A stretch of 64,000 nucleotides of DNA from positions 62,001 through 126,000 of the forward strand of contig NW_005434616.1 in NCBI RefSeq assembly GCF_000315625.1. The letters are read 5' to 3'. A program made the position numbers and the translations under genes. Each line of letters begins with the position of its first letter. Position 1 is the stretch's first letter. The DNA is from Guillardia theta CCMP2712. Taxonomy: Eukaryota; Protista; Cryptophyta. Of this stretch, positions 11,601 to 24,761 are shown piece after piece. A model generated the notes under the pieces. It was not told the origin of the DNA. It saw only the letters and a program-made list of their open reading frames with translations, and did not search any database.

Positions 11601-14600
11601 AAGGCGGCTCAACTGTCGTGCGGGTTTCGGTCGGAGAGACTCTTCACGTTGGCGGGGGTGACGTTCAACGAGTGGATCGCGTTGAGAGCAGACGAGGAAG
11701 CAGTTTCTCTCGCGTGGATCCTCGAGAACCACGAAGAGCTCGGTCTGGTGCCAGCAGATATTTCAGCTCTTGTCAGTCTGGTGAAGCAGATCGGGTCGAA
11801 CCGCAAGAAATCCAACTGGTTCATGTCCTCCAAACAGCCCGAGCAAGCAGGTCTATCCGAATGTTTCATGTGAACGCTTGCTGACTCTGCTTCTGAAGCG
11901 TCACCGTTGGAGCATCTCTACTTCACCAACAAATCGATATCCGATGCATGCATTCTGTTGGTAAGTCGGCAAGCTTCTATCGGCGAGATCAGACACGTCG
12001 ATCTCTCGAACCTCTCCAACATCACCTCTAGATCACTCTCTGTGCTGTGCGAGGAGCACGGCGCTCATTTCGAGAGCCTGAAGCTCAAAGCTGACAACAA
12101 GGTGCCGCCCTCGGATATCCTGTCGGTTGTGGAGCTCTGCGTTTCTGAAGGGATTGGGTCCCTCACCCACCTTTCCTTGTATGGAATGAGCAACATGAAG
12201 GATGGGGAGTTTGCCGGTCTTGTAAGCCTCCTGCCCAACTCGCTCAAGTCTCTCAGCCTGCAGTTCTGCCTGACCCTGGAGGACAAGGAAGTCATCGAGC
12301 TGGCGAAGCAGAAGACTGACTTGTTGGAGCTCAACCTCCGAGGGTGCGAGAAGATCACAGACAACTCGATCCTCGCTCTTGCTCATCACTGCCTCTTCCT
12401 AGAGAAGTTGGATTTCTCCTACTGCACCCAAGTCTCTGACGTTGGCCTGCGAGAGTTTGCGTACCGGACAAGACGGTTCTTGAAAGGCACCAAAGGCATC
12501 CCGACCGGCGGTTTGTTCGACCACACTGACCCGACTCTCCTGCTTGCCGACCTGATCATCAAGAATCGCAAGAAGAAGAAGAAAGCTGACGACGAAGAAG
12601 ACCTGATCTTTGATACTGACATTGCTGCCTCCGATGACCCTGAAGCCGTTGCAGCCTTTGAGCTGGAACAGGTGCGTCCTAGTGCTGTCTTGCTTACTTG
12701 CAACCTGACAAAAGACTCCACAGTCAAGAATCAGACAGATAGCCTTGTACAAAGCACAACAAGACCAGGAGGAGTTGAGAAAGATTCTTCGAAACGCCGG
12801 GTTGACTCTGCCACAAATCAAGCAGTTTCTTGCCGGAGGACGAGATGACTTCGACGAGGACGAAGGCATCGACTTGGACTCCATCGCGATCAAACTTGGG
12901 CTTGAGGAGCCTGCTCAACGAGAGAGACGGCTACGAGAGAAGGAGAAGAAGGACAATGAAGAGAAAGAGAAGAAAGTTGTGGAGCAATGCAGAGAGATGG
13001 TTCTGACATCTGCTTTCATGCCGGAAGAATGATTTCTGTACCACAGGTCAAGAACGGACTTCGACCCTTCCAGATCGCGAGAGAATTGGAAATCGACATA
13101 TCCATTGCAAACAAGGTCTTTGACCTGCTCGCATAGTCTCTGCTTGACATTGAACATCCAGGTGAAAGAAGAGTGGGACCTGCAGAATAGGAAGTTTGTG
13201 ACGCTGCAAGAGATCCGGCAAGAGGACCTGTCAAAGTACGCCATACATCTCAAGATACCTTATTGCAAGGTCAAGAGAGTGCTTCTCAGAGATGTCAACC
13301 CGCAGTCCAGGCTCTTTCTGCGGTCTCAGTTGTCGTCAGGAGGGACAGTGAAGAATTCGGCGTACAAAGCGATCATGACGGAGTTGAACTTCGACTTGGA
13401 CACTTCATTCCCCAAGATCATGGACAAGTTTGACGTCATGAAGATAGAGCTGTGCGAGCGCCCGGATATAGGCCCTGCCAAGGCACTCGCTTACTACAAG
13501 GCTCCGATGCCGCAAAAGATCGACTATCCCATCATCACCAAGAAAGTCCCTCTTTACGGCTCGTCGGGGTTTGTGCAGGGACAGCCTGTGGGGTACATGC
13601 AGTTAGCGATACGCGCGATGAGTGGAGAAGAACACAATGCATGGAGGGAGTCCCTGGAAGTCTACGAGCAAAATCGCGTGCGAACCACCGTGACATCAAA
13701 GATGGTCAGGCTACCGTTTGAAGTACAAAGCAGTCTTGTGATGTATGTGTGAAGGGAAGGAGCATCCTCGACCGGACGAAAATTGTCAGTGAGAAAGTCT
13801 TCGAGAGGGTTTGCTTTGCATCTGCAAACCAGCAAACGATGACGTGGCGGTGCAGGTGGTAGAATATGCGGTCACTCAAATGCTCGATTACTTTCAGGAT
13901 TACAAGAAGATGCATACACTGACTATTTCTCGATGCGTCAAAGTCACCGACTTCTCCGTCATCGAGATCGTTCGGTCTATGCCCAACATAGTCTGCTTGA
14001 ACCTGGAAGGCTTGAGGGGCCTCACGGACAACGCTCTGAGGCACATTGCAAGGTCTCCACTCCCCGAGTCGACTGCCCTCACACCCTCGCAGGCTCTGCC
14101 CCAACCTCAAGAAGCTTGAGCTGGAGGCTTGTGTGCGCATCACCGACGGAGGCATGATGGAGGTCGCGTCGGGGTGTCACTTGATCGAGAGCGTCACGCT
14201 CAACGAGTGCTCGGAGCTCACCGACGCCTCGATCGCCTTCCTCGTCAACTTCGACTTGGATTTCCGACTGAGAGAGGTGCCGCACGCGCGTGACCAGAAG
14301 TTGCTGACGTCACCGCTTCAGATCTCTTACACGGGGCTGGTCAAGACGACCGAAGAGTCCTTCGGGCAGATCTGCGGAAGCTGTTCGAGTCTAGAGAGTC
14401 TGCAAGTGGCAGGGAGCAAACTGTTGGGACTGAACTGCCCGCGATGTGACTGGCCGTGACTCGTCCACGTGTCAGGTATCAAGATGTCCAACTGGTGCAT
14501 CTGTCGCACACATGCATCCAGCTGCGCAAGCTTGACTTGAGCTGGTGAAGCCTCCGATATGCTGTGGCCAGCTGACGGAGGAAGCAGGTGTGAGAGCATC

Positions 14601-15172
14601 ACCGACTACGGCATAAGTTGCGTGGCTCGATCGTGCACGAAGCTGGATGACGTCAGCCTGGCGTACTGTGACAAGATCACCAACCAAGGTTCACCCGGCT
14701 GGTCTTGAAGTGCCTGACGAGCTCCCAGGGTTCTCTGAGTTGGCCCACCATTGCGGTGGCATCACAGACTTGGACCTGACAGGTAGAGCCTCCTGCCCTC
14801 CCTCCCTCCTCATGGACCTTCAGGATGCTTTGGTCTGGACGACCTGGCCATGTCGGAGATATCGAGATCGCTCTTCTTCCTGTGCGCTCGCCTCGCTCCT
14901 TTTGCTTGGCCTCACCCACCGCCAGGTCGCACCTGAACATCTCCAACTGCGAGAACGTCACCAAGGACTCCCTCGTCCACATTCGCGATTGGGCTGAAGG
15001 GCTGACTCAGCTGGAGCTGTTGGGTACGCTGGTGTTGCCGTCACTTGGGGACTGTCTTGACTGCTGGCCTTGAAGGTTGTTCTGCCATCGACAGGGTCGA
15101 CATGTTGCGGTTTGGGGAGAAGGTAACGGCGATGAACCGATGTGGACAAGTCTGACCTCGGTGTCCAGATGA
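8643..15172 (+). CDS. Large Clu-domain protein with TPR-like helices, LRRs and a C2-like insert; N-myristoylation motif
   Basis: MGGGSSK start. Clu motifs LGNELR, VPLMMILDYKGFRTLA, YFLDLKDLMPPD, RVRPEYVRRYEKPLSPD, HAAGFNRRMLG, LLNEMVSRVLK. Cys-containing LRRs such as LLELNLRGCEKITDNSI and LKKLELEACVRITDGG. Confidence 0.8.
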
Positions 15173-15300
15173 GAGGCAGGACCAAGGTTTGTTGGGAGCA
15201 GAGTGAAGATGATTTCATATTCACTTGATACAACCATGTATGTTTATGTCGTTCAAATATGTCTTCATTCAATACATCATGTCTTATGTGCACGTTTCCT

Positions 15301-18009
15301 TCAAACAGACCCCATGAGCAGGCTCTCGATCTGCTGCGGCCCGTGCAGCAAGATAGCGTGCGGTTCCCTGTACCTGCTCCCTGCGTCACTTGCGCCTCTT
15401 GCCTTCCTCCTTCCTCCTCCACTCACCCTGACTCCGGCGAGATGATGGCGTCGTAGAGCTCCTTGTAGCTCTGTGTGATGCCCGCAGCCACCTGCCCACA
15501 GCGTCACTCCGCCAGGCCCGGCTCCTTCACCTTCACCTTGCTACGAGCGGACGAGCGTATCGAGCTGGTCGACAGCCTGTCGACGTAACGATACTCCAGG
15601 GAGCTGGTGAGAACGACTCCGTAGAACCTTGAAGGGGTGAGGAGGGGGAGAGCAGATGGAAGGATCTTACTGCTTCAGGCTGATGCTAAGAGCGAGCGGG
15701 TCCATGCCGACCATGCCGGATAAGGACTCCATCCCCTCCCCTCGCTGCTCGGATTTCCACGAACGAACAGAGTACCTGCCATGGCGTCAGCCGCGGGGGA
15801 TCCAGCAAGGAGAACGACATCTTGTCGTCTAGGTTGCACTGTCGCATTATGATCAACACTGCACGAGGGTCACACTCGACCAGCCAAGGGCAAGGCGGAC
15901 CTTGCTCCTTGATCCCTTGCTCCAGCGCCTGCGCGATCTGATTCTGCAAGGCAGCGAGTAAAGAGATAAAGCTCAGCTGTAGACCAGCTGACCTGCAGCC
16001 TCGGGATCCTCCACGCGCAGAAGTCGTAACGTTGCAGTAACGTCTGTCACGGGAGTCAACCAGCAGGCAGATGCTTGTCGACACACCTGGATGGCGAGCA
16101 AGCAGTTGACCAGGTAGATACTGCCTTCCGCTGGAGTGATGGCGTTGGCAGATAGAGCACAAGCACCAATCAGAGGCTCCACGCCTTCTTCCACGACAGG
16201 CTTGAAGATGCTTTAGCGTGTTATGTAAAACCTCAACCTCTGACCTTGAAATAATTTTCACGCAATCTTGCTGGTATAAGCGATGCGTCGAAAGATGACA
16301 TAACTTCCTTCAGTTCTTCCAAAGCCGCAAGAATATCATTATGAGGAGCAAGGGTCGATGGGCAGGGCGGGGGCTGTTTGTAGAGCCGCTGAGACGAAGC
16401 TGTAAGCAGTTCCATGAAAAGCTTCCCAGCAAGCTTGTGACAGCCCTATAACAATCGCGTCAGCGACAATCGTTGAAAACAAGAAGCAGATGTACTTGAA
16501 TGGTGCTGGTCAGAGAGGCTCCGTCCGGAAGCAATCCTCCGATGGTATGTAAGTAGAAGAGCAGAAGATTTCCAAGCTTGAAGATCAGCACTGCTGACGA
16601 TTGGCTCTGCAAGACTGCTTCTACCCGAGCCTATCACCAGATGTTATTTTCTTCATCATACAAATCTTTCCCACCTGCACAGTCGAGCTGACACCGTCCA
16701 ACACCCCTGCCAAGACTTTGTCCTCTTCAACCCTGGCGGTTACGGAATTCATCTTTGAAGGCTCTGAGCTGTCTGGACGAGTCGCGATGAACAGGGAAGC
16801 CAGAAGCTCGCGTTCTGACGCCAGTGCCTGATGCACCCAAGCAAGCATGTCGCCGATGTAGCGAAGGGGATCATGGGCATGGATCTCAATGGGCTTCGGA
16901 GTTCCGCCAGGTCCGCCTCGACTGAGTGCAGCGACGAATCTCTTATGAAGGGCTTGACGACGTGAGACCGCGAGGTCCTCCAGACACACTTTGTACAGAG
17001 CGCTTCTGCTTCGAAGAGTCTTGAGACCCTTCTTGACAAGCAGCGGAACATCTGAACTGTCGCCCTGCACGTTTGACAACTCCTTTTGCAACCAGCGATA
17101 CCTGCAGCAAGAGTGAGAGACTGGCTCGCAATGGATTCACTCAGATCACAGGCGATCAAATCCTTTCTCCTGCAACGACGCAGCCTCGTCTACAATGTCC
17201 ATCAAGGCGGTCTTATGATGTACCCGCAGCAGCTGCTTGCTTTCGCTCTGGATCTGACCAACTCTATCGAGAACTTCAAGGAAAGGATCCGAGACTTCTC
17301 CGGTCTGCAGGAGCTGCATCTCCGATGGTTTCAGTCGGAACCGATCAAGGAACGCCAGCACTAGGTTCTTATGTGCCTCTGCCGTGTGTTCCTTCTTCTG
17401 CAGCTGCTCCGTGAGTTTGAGCACCTGTGAAGCAACAATCAGAGTGTATTGGAGCGAACTCTCCATGTTCTGCACTCAGGACAGACCTGTGCTGTTGTTG
17501 TCTGAGCTGTATGAAGCCTCTGTTGCATCCTCTGAGAGCAGTCCGACAACTTCATCTACCACCAGCCAATCACTGCCGACTCATTGTCGCCTAGTCACTC
17601 ACCACGTAGTTTTCCACATGGTCCAATTTCTTCATCACATCCTCAAAGCAGCTGCCATAGGAGGTCAAGAGAGAAAAATCTCCTCGAGTGAGGACGCGAG
17701 TACTTGATGAACTGATGGTTCACATCGATCCCTCGCTTCTCAATGCAAGACTTGAGATTCCTCCTGTTTTCCAGGGTATTCGCTCCTGATCACAAGGGTT
17801 ATTTAGAGGTCACTTGCCAATCCTGACATCAATATGCTTGTCAGCTCCTCACCATAGAACTCTGTAAGCTGGTCGAGTGCCGCTGAAAGTTCTGGCGCAT
17901 CCAGTCTCAGCTCGACTACTTTTTTGACCTTCTTAGCTATGGCGGGAGAGGGCGTCGGCCCTCCCACCAGACTGCCTGCGGATGGATGGTTCTCGCTTCC
18001 ATTGCTCAT
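15301..18009 (-). CDS. COG6: Conserved oligomeric Golgi complex subunit 6
   Basis: RFVAALSRGGPGGTPKPIEIHAHDPLRYIGDMLAWVHQALASERELL is the COG6 signature. Also AFLDRFRLKPSEMQLL and IYLVNCLLAIQ. Confidence 0.95.
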
Positions 18010-18099
18010 GTGGGAGGGATCAGATGTCGATGCAGGCGTCTCCTGTTGAAAATTAAAATTCCATCTCCTTCTCCATCGTCCATCTTCTTCTCCATCGTC

Positions 18100-18276
18100 T
18101 CCGCGCATCATCATTATCGTCTCCACCACCATTACCGCCACATCATCATCACCACCAACACCACCATCATCATCCTACACCAGTACCTCCATTTCCATCT
18201 CCTTGTCATCCTCCTCCATTTCCTTCTCCTCCTCCTCGTTACCATCATACCAACAACCATCATAACAATCGTCGCA

Positions 18277-18323
<47 letters not shown>

Positions 18324-18440
18324 TCTCCACCCCCACTTCCCTTTCCCCTCTTACTCTCCTCCTCCTACTCCCCGCTCCTCCTCCTCCTCCTCCTCCTCCT
18401 CCTCCTCCTCCTCCTCCTCCTCCTCCTCCTCCTCCTCAGG
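18100..18440. repeat. Simple repeats (CAC/CAT-rich, (TCGTCA)n, (TCC)n)
   Basis: Directly visible tandem arrays at ~18276-18322 and ~18375-18437. Confidence 0.95.
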
Positions 18441-18892
18441 ATCTTCATTCTCCTCCTCCTCATTTTCGCCATGGCTGGCGGGCTGCCTTACCTCTGCTGG
18501 CGCATCAGCCATCTCGTTTCTCCTGGCCTTCAGCTGCTGGACTGTCCGGTTCACCTCAGGCAATCAATTATCAAAGATAAAAGACATCACCAAATAATTA
18601 CCAAATACATAGGAAACTATTGAAAGGCAGCAATAATCTTGCAATGTCAGAGGGAAATTAGGAGGGCAGAACTCTACAATTAGTCAAGGGAATAGTCAAA
18701 AGAAGGAGGGCAGAAGAAGCGAAACTAGAGGAAGATTTTTAGCGTCCCAACTCTTTTTGGGAGATTGAGCAGATTTGAGCAAGAGCGGGTGGTAGAGAGA
18801 AGGAGAGAGGTAGAGGTAGAGGTAGAGGTAAGGACAGACGAGGAGAGGTAGCAAGAGAACGAGAGAGAGTGTGTGTGATAGTGAAGGCGAGG

Positions 18893-20905
18893 ATGAAGGC
18901 TACATTGTTTGCTCGAGCTATGGCTGCTAGGATCCTGGGACAGTCTCTAGTTTCCAGTAGTCGTTCTTTCTGTTCAGGAGCCTTGCCTGTACAATGCAGA
19001 CCGCCACAGCAAGTGCTCGTAAAGGACGGTGGACTGCATGTGCAATGGAGCCAATCCCACTCGTCCTTCTATCACAGGGATTGGCTGCACAGGAATCGGC
19101 CTGGCGTCTTGTCCTCGAGCGGCCAGAACATGCAGGAATCTTGTTCCAACGCGCCAGACGGAATCGGATCGGCGACTTTGAACGGGGAGAAGATGACAAT
19201 CGACATCGTGTGGAAGGACGAGGGTCTCAGTGTTAGCGAGTATCCAGTCAACATGCTGCTCGAGCACGACTGCTCGAGCGAGGCCCTGAACAAGAGGAAG
19301 ATGCAGCGCAGGCCGACTCCGCTCAAGGAGAGGAACGGGGGAATAGTCCCTCGAATATCCTACGAGCGGGTGACGACGTCAGAGGATGGCGTCTTCGAGT
19401 GGATGGACCACGTAATGCGCGATGGACTCTGCATCGTGCACGACACACCATGCCATGAGGGGCAGGTATTCGGTTGAATCCTCCAGTGCTCATGCTGATA
19501 GCATACAGGTGACAAAGCTGGCAAGGCGGATAGGGAATGTGATGGACACAATCTACGGAGAGATCTGGGACGTGCGGCTTGGTGATTTGACACTGATCGA
19601 GGTTGGAGGCGATATGACATAGCTTCGAAGAGAATGATCCGATCAACATCGCGTACACGAACCTCGGACTTGACCTGCATCAGGTGCATGCCTTTCTCTG
19701 TGGAGTCAAGGCTTCTGACCAAGGGGAACAGGATCTCGTATACTATGAGAGCCCGCCGGGTCTACAGCTCCTTCACTGCATGAAGTTCGACGAGGGGTGC
19801 GCTATTTTCTGTGCCATGTTTGGGTACTTATTTTCTGTTTACATCAGCATCCAAGGGGGGAATTCTACCTTTGCTGATGCGATACAAGCAGCCGAGCTTT
19901 TGAGAAAGACAGACAAAGTGTTTGACTTGCTCTTGTTCTTCACGCCTTCATTAACCTATGATCAAAGGAGGCATTCGACACGCTTGTCCGGGTTCCTGCC
20001 ACGTTCCAGAAGATTCATTATGCAAGAGCATCTCCGGTTCACCTCAAGGTTCTCTCCTTTTTCTTTGGTTCTCCCTCTCGCTCTTGGTCGATCGTTTGGT
20101 CACATTATCATCTTTGCTCTCCGTCTCTTGTTGGGCTCCCTTGCTGATCGTGACCTTCGCGCCACACAGTATCAACGTCCACATATTGTGTTGAACCACG
20201 ACGAGGTAATTTGTCTCTCTCCCACTTCTCTTCTCCTTCATCTGGAATTCTCGACGTTTCGTCTCCATCGCTATCCTCATCCCAATTCCCGTCGCCCCTA
20301 CCTCCCCACCATTCAGATCCATCCCCATCCTTCAGATTGAATGACGCGGAGCTTCGCCAGGAAGTCGTTGGAGTCTTCTGGGCGCCAGCGTTTGAGGGTC
20401 CGCTACAAGTCCCGGAGGCGCAGGTGCAGCGATACTTCGAGGCATACAAGGTAACCCCCAGCAGGAGGGAAGCAGTCAACACGATCTCACGCGTGGAGAC
20501 AGAAGTTCGCCCACCTTGTTGAAGATGAAGCGAATGGGCTCAAAATCAGCTTCCGGCTGAAGGAGGGTGAAACTGTTGTGTTCAATAACCGCCGTATGCT
20601 GCACGGGAGGACCTCCTTCAAACCTTCTGGGCCTGCGAGTGCAACCAGACACCTGCAGGTAGGACTGCTCCAGGCTCGCCCTGTCCCCTGACATTCAAGA
20701 TCTCCCCCTCCCTCCCCCCTTATCGCAGGGCTGCTATCTTTCCATCGAGTCTTTCGTCAGCAGATACAACTGCCTCCTGCATTCGAGGTCTTGTCTTGCC
20801 GGCTCTCTTGAAACCAATCTCATTCATATGCCTTGCAGGGCTTGTCAGAACTTAGCGGGCAGCGAGTCGAGAAATATCCGGGTGGGAGATCAAAACTACT
20901 TCTAA
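18893..20905 (+). CDS. Gamma-butyrobetaine dioxygenase-like (TauD/BBOX family Fe/2OG dioxygenase), mitochondrial-type presequence
   Basis: DPINIAYTNLGLDLHQDLVYYESPPGLQLLHC (HxD), GGNSTFADA, VFNNRRMLHGRTSF, RHLQGCY. Arg/Ala/Ser-rich N-terminus. Confidence 0.9.
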
Positions 20906-21345
20906 AAGCAGCAGGGCGTTGGGCACCGCTCTGAAGAGCATCCATGGAGAGTAGTAGTAACACAAGTTGGCGGACCTCACTGCCGCCCCTAGTTGCAGCA
21001 TTCTTGGTTGAAAAGGAATGACGGGGGCCTTGTGAAACAAGATGGAAGGAGATAGTTCTTTATAGTGTGTCAGCAGACAAGACAGACAACATTTATTCCT
21101 CTGATGCGTTCGGCTTCATAACAGATTGCGGAATATCGTAAGCTTCGTCGATGTGAATAGGCATGCTACAACACTTGGTGTCTAACCTCGGATGTCGACC
21201 AGCTCTGGCCACACGAACTTGGCAGCTGCTGTCTGCCCCTGATACAGCTCGACCAGCGTCATGGCTGCATCCAACGCTGTTCCTCCTCCCTATCTTCTTC
21301 TAGATCGGGGAGTTGCTCCCGTCACGATGGCAGAAACAGCGATGC

Positions 21346-21381
21346 GCTCCAATCCATTTAATTACTTAAATGGATTGGAGC
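21346..21381. repeat. Perfect 16-bp inverted repeat (hairpin)
   Basis: GCTCCAATCCATTTAA-ttac-TTAAATGGATTGGAGC. Confidence 0.9.
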
Positions 21382-21688
21382 TGACATACATAGCTCGCCT
21401 CGGGGTTTTGCTTTACAATTCAAAAGGGCAGAGAATTCTATTAGGTATCATAAACATACAATAATGGGCTCTACCCTTTGTAACAACACGCCATTTCAAA
21501 AAAAGCCGGCGCAGGCTGGGGGCTACAATGGGAGATGGTTCCAAGAAAGTGTAGGAGGCAGAATGAGTCATCGGAGAACCAACTTTGTGTGAGATGAGGT
21601 AGTGAGGACACATCAGCTCATCACAAACGCAAGCCCCTTCGAGCAACCTTGCGAGCATACCAAGAAAACGCGGGGAAAACGCAGTGCG

Positions 21689-23100
21689 ATGGGGTGTGGA
21701 GCTCTTTCAAAGGTGGCCTTTCCGGGCGACGACGACGACGAGGTGATGCATTATCCGAATATCGGAATACAAAATGCTGACGACCCTCAGGCTACTACTC
21801 TTGATGGCTCAATTTACAACTCGTCGAGGGGGAGTAATACCAACGAATCCGTTGACGAGTTTGACGTCGAGCAAGTTATTCCGATTCACTCTCTGCAAGA
21901 GAAGCTTTGGGGTGTAAAGGAGGGAGCAATTTCCAGTCAAAACTTGTACCAATTCATGGACCTGCTGAAGATCGACATGCTTGAAATGCAGGTGCTCTAG
22001 TGTCGGAATCTTTTGACTTGACTGTTGTCCAAACCCTGATTTGTGACATGGCCGTGCAGAAAGCACTTCAAACTTTCAGGGGAATTGGAAGTCGACAAGA
22101 AATCACTGCCATGCAAATATCCCGTGTTTCGAGCCTTCCTGTTATGTCTGGGAAGACAAATCCGCTCCTTTCTCGCTTCGTCCGAGCCATTCACACTCCG
22201 GAAGAGGGCGATAAGGAACACCTTACTTATCGAGAATTTGTCTTTGGTCGAAGATTATTTGAGGTAATCAAGTTCAATCTTGTCTTGAGCACTGTACTAA
22301 TACGTTTCCTCTCAAGGAGCTTGCAAGTCATGAAGAAATACTACAATTCTGGTTCTTGGTAATGTTGGCCAGCGCTGGGAAAGTCGTGGAGCTGAGGCAG
22401 GAAATAGACAAGAAGTCCCTTGTCAGCTTTCTTGTTGATGTAATCCTCAGCAAGACTGAATCCTTCGATTCCTTTCTATCAAAAGCCCCGTCAAAGTTGA
22501 GGAATAAGGTCCAGCTGGTGCTCAACAAAAGTAACTTGGACCGTGATGATTATAACTTTCATCACTTTCAGAGGATAGTCGAAGTCTCCAACAAGTCCTT
22601 GTTCATGGGTTCGATTTTAGAGAAAGTATATCGGAAGCTTTCAGGCGCATTTCAAAAGAATGAAGCAAATTCGAAGCAAGTCAAGCCAGATATGATCATG
22701 ACATACTTCTGGAACCTGAAACGGGATATCAAGAAATCCTCCAAAGGTTTTCGTGGTTCAAAGAGGAGCGTCTGGGTGCATCCTTTTGAAGGAGAAGAAG
22801 TATTTGAGACTGGAGCGACAGGAATAAGAGACATCACGAACTTGCCACGAAGTCGGAGGTATGTGTAACATGCTGTCACTTTTCCGTTCACTCACATTGG
22901 GTTTATTGCAGGGAAGAAGCTATGCAAGTTGGGTGGAAGTTTTGATCTCAGCCATGCATCTCGAGCATATAGCACTCTTATTTGTTGGTTTCATTTGCAG
23001 CAATCAGATTTAGGTTCATTCAAGGCTATAAATAGTATATGTAATGCAAGGTTTTCGAAATGTGAACCTCGTGATTCAAGGCACTCATTGGTTGTGTTGC
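21689..23100 (+). CDS. Hypothetical N-acylated protein (MGCGALSK), possibly EF-hand-like helical; end approximate
   Basis: Consecutive ORF segments 21602-22000, 22043-22267 and 22356-22868 joined by GT-AG introns. Gly2/Cys3 acylation motif. Confidence 0.6.
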
Positions 23101-23410
23101 CATTGATGCTTGATTCGTTGAGTTTGAGGACAGTAAAGAGTCAGGCCAAGTGCTTTTACAGGCAGATGGCAAGGGCAGCAGCACCAACCTGGATTTGATG
23201 CATGGAAACAATGCATTCGAATACAATCCATGACAATGTCAGTCCTTGTACACCCAGTCTTTCATCTCTGGTCATATGCCACACTTGTAGGCTTGGCTGT
23301 GCCCCGTGGATAGTCTTGCAGCAATAGGAAACATGTTTCCTCCCTTGATCTTGGAGGGCTGTCCAACAGGCTCCTTGGCATAGCTCGTTGGGTTGGCTTG
23401 AGACAACGAT

Positions 23411-24150
23411 TTATAACTTGCTCCTGGTTCGGTGACATTCAGAGCTGTTTGGGGTTCCTTTCTGGTCTGGCCCTCCTGGCAAAGCTGGCGCTCTCAACAG
23501 AGCAAGAGCATCGTTTCCTTTCATTCCGACCTAGGGCGAGGTCAATCCTGCTGTGTGAGAGTGCAGAATTTGCCAAATTACCTTGATGCCCATGTGCATA
23601 GCAGCATTCGAGACAGCTGTTACCTGCCGCACATGAAATCAACACCCTTCACTGCATTATAAAACTTGGAACATGTTTATGCAGCACTTCTTCGTAGTCG
23701 CTTACTCCCGCGACAATAGCACAAGCTTCATTCAATCTGGTGATAAGATGTTGAGCGTTAGTGAGAACCCTAACCAATTTGTACTGTTACCTGTTACAAG
23801 TGTCGATGGAGACATATCCGCATGCTAGAAAACCTCGATCTATGTAAAAACCACGAAATAGACAGTGAATGAATGTAAGTAGTGAAGCCATGTAAAATAC
23901 CAGCTTTGATGATGATCAAGGGGGCTTTCAGCGCCTTGATTTGGTATACTCTGCCACAGAAATCTCGTGAACGGTGCCATGGAGATGTGTGAGAGGAAAG
24001 ATTTTTAGGAGGTTGTGTCTCGACCTGCACTTCCTCCTCAACAGTTTACATTGCAACGATAACTCACTCCAGCATCTCTTGCAGAATGCTCCGTTGCGCC
24101 CCTACAGCAAAATATCTGATGTATACAAGAATCTTATACATTGCTTTATA
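23411..24150 (-). CDS. yunC: YunC / DUF1805 family protein (multi-exon; start approximate)
   Basis: Spliced reading KAPLIIIKA|DRGFLACGYVSIDTCN|RLNEACAIVAGVSDYEEVL...|VTAVSNAAMHMGIK|VGMKGNDALALL matches the YunC pattern (GxLACGYxxxxxxxxxxxxxAIVxGV...GIxxGMxGxxAL). Confidence 0.8.
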
Positions 24151-24761
24151 CCTCTTATACATCCGAGGGTGAAATTTGTAATGGATTATTTGAAGAGAAG
24201 TCTTTTCAGATCTCAACCCCAACTTACCACATGGTGAGTTATTTAAAAAGCTTTATTATACGTGAACAAGATAGCTTTGGACTTTCATTATCTCCCCTTA
24301 CGTATAAACTATAATATCAAGGGGTTCACGGAAACCACCCCTTTATCCCTTTCATTTCCTTTCACCCCTGATTGATGCTGAATGTACCCTACGAATTGAG
24401 AGCAGCCTTAACCACCCTACCATGTTCGTTGTTTTCCCCGACCCCCAGTCTCGAGATCGATGTTACAAACCAAGTTTTTAAAATCTCTGGGTTTAGTGGA
24501 TTGGAAGGGGTGGGGTATACCCATCCGTATCTCATCAGGGGTATTTCTTAGGGCAGTGTGTGGGGTATTTTCTCAAGTGCTCACACATCATGGGGTAGGG
24601 TAGGTTAAGGGGCGTCTCCTATAAGAACGCGTTGCAAGCGGAAGGCGCTCAACAGTGTCAAGGTTGTAGAGAGTTGAAGGTTGCAGACGCACTATTCGTT
24701 ACAGTATAGGTTGACTGCCAACTACTCCAAGTTACGGAAGACAATACATATTGCTGCAAAA

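Noticed and set aside
17986-18597. 203-aa His/Ile/Val/Ser ORF and the opposite 70-aa poly-Glu ORF
   Set aside because: Both are products of simple repeats in the COG6/dioxygenase divergent gap. There is no ATG-led, splice-supported model, although a small acidic exon cannot be excluded.
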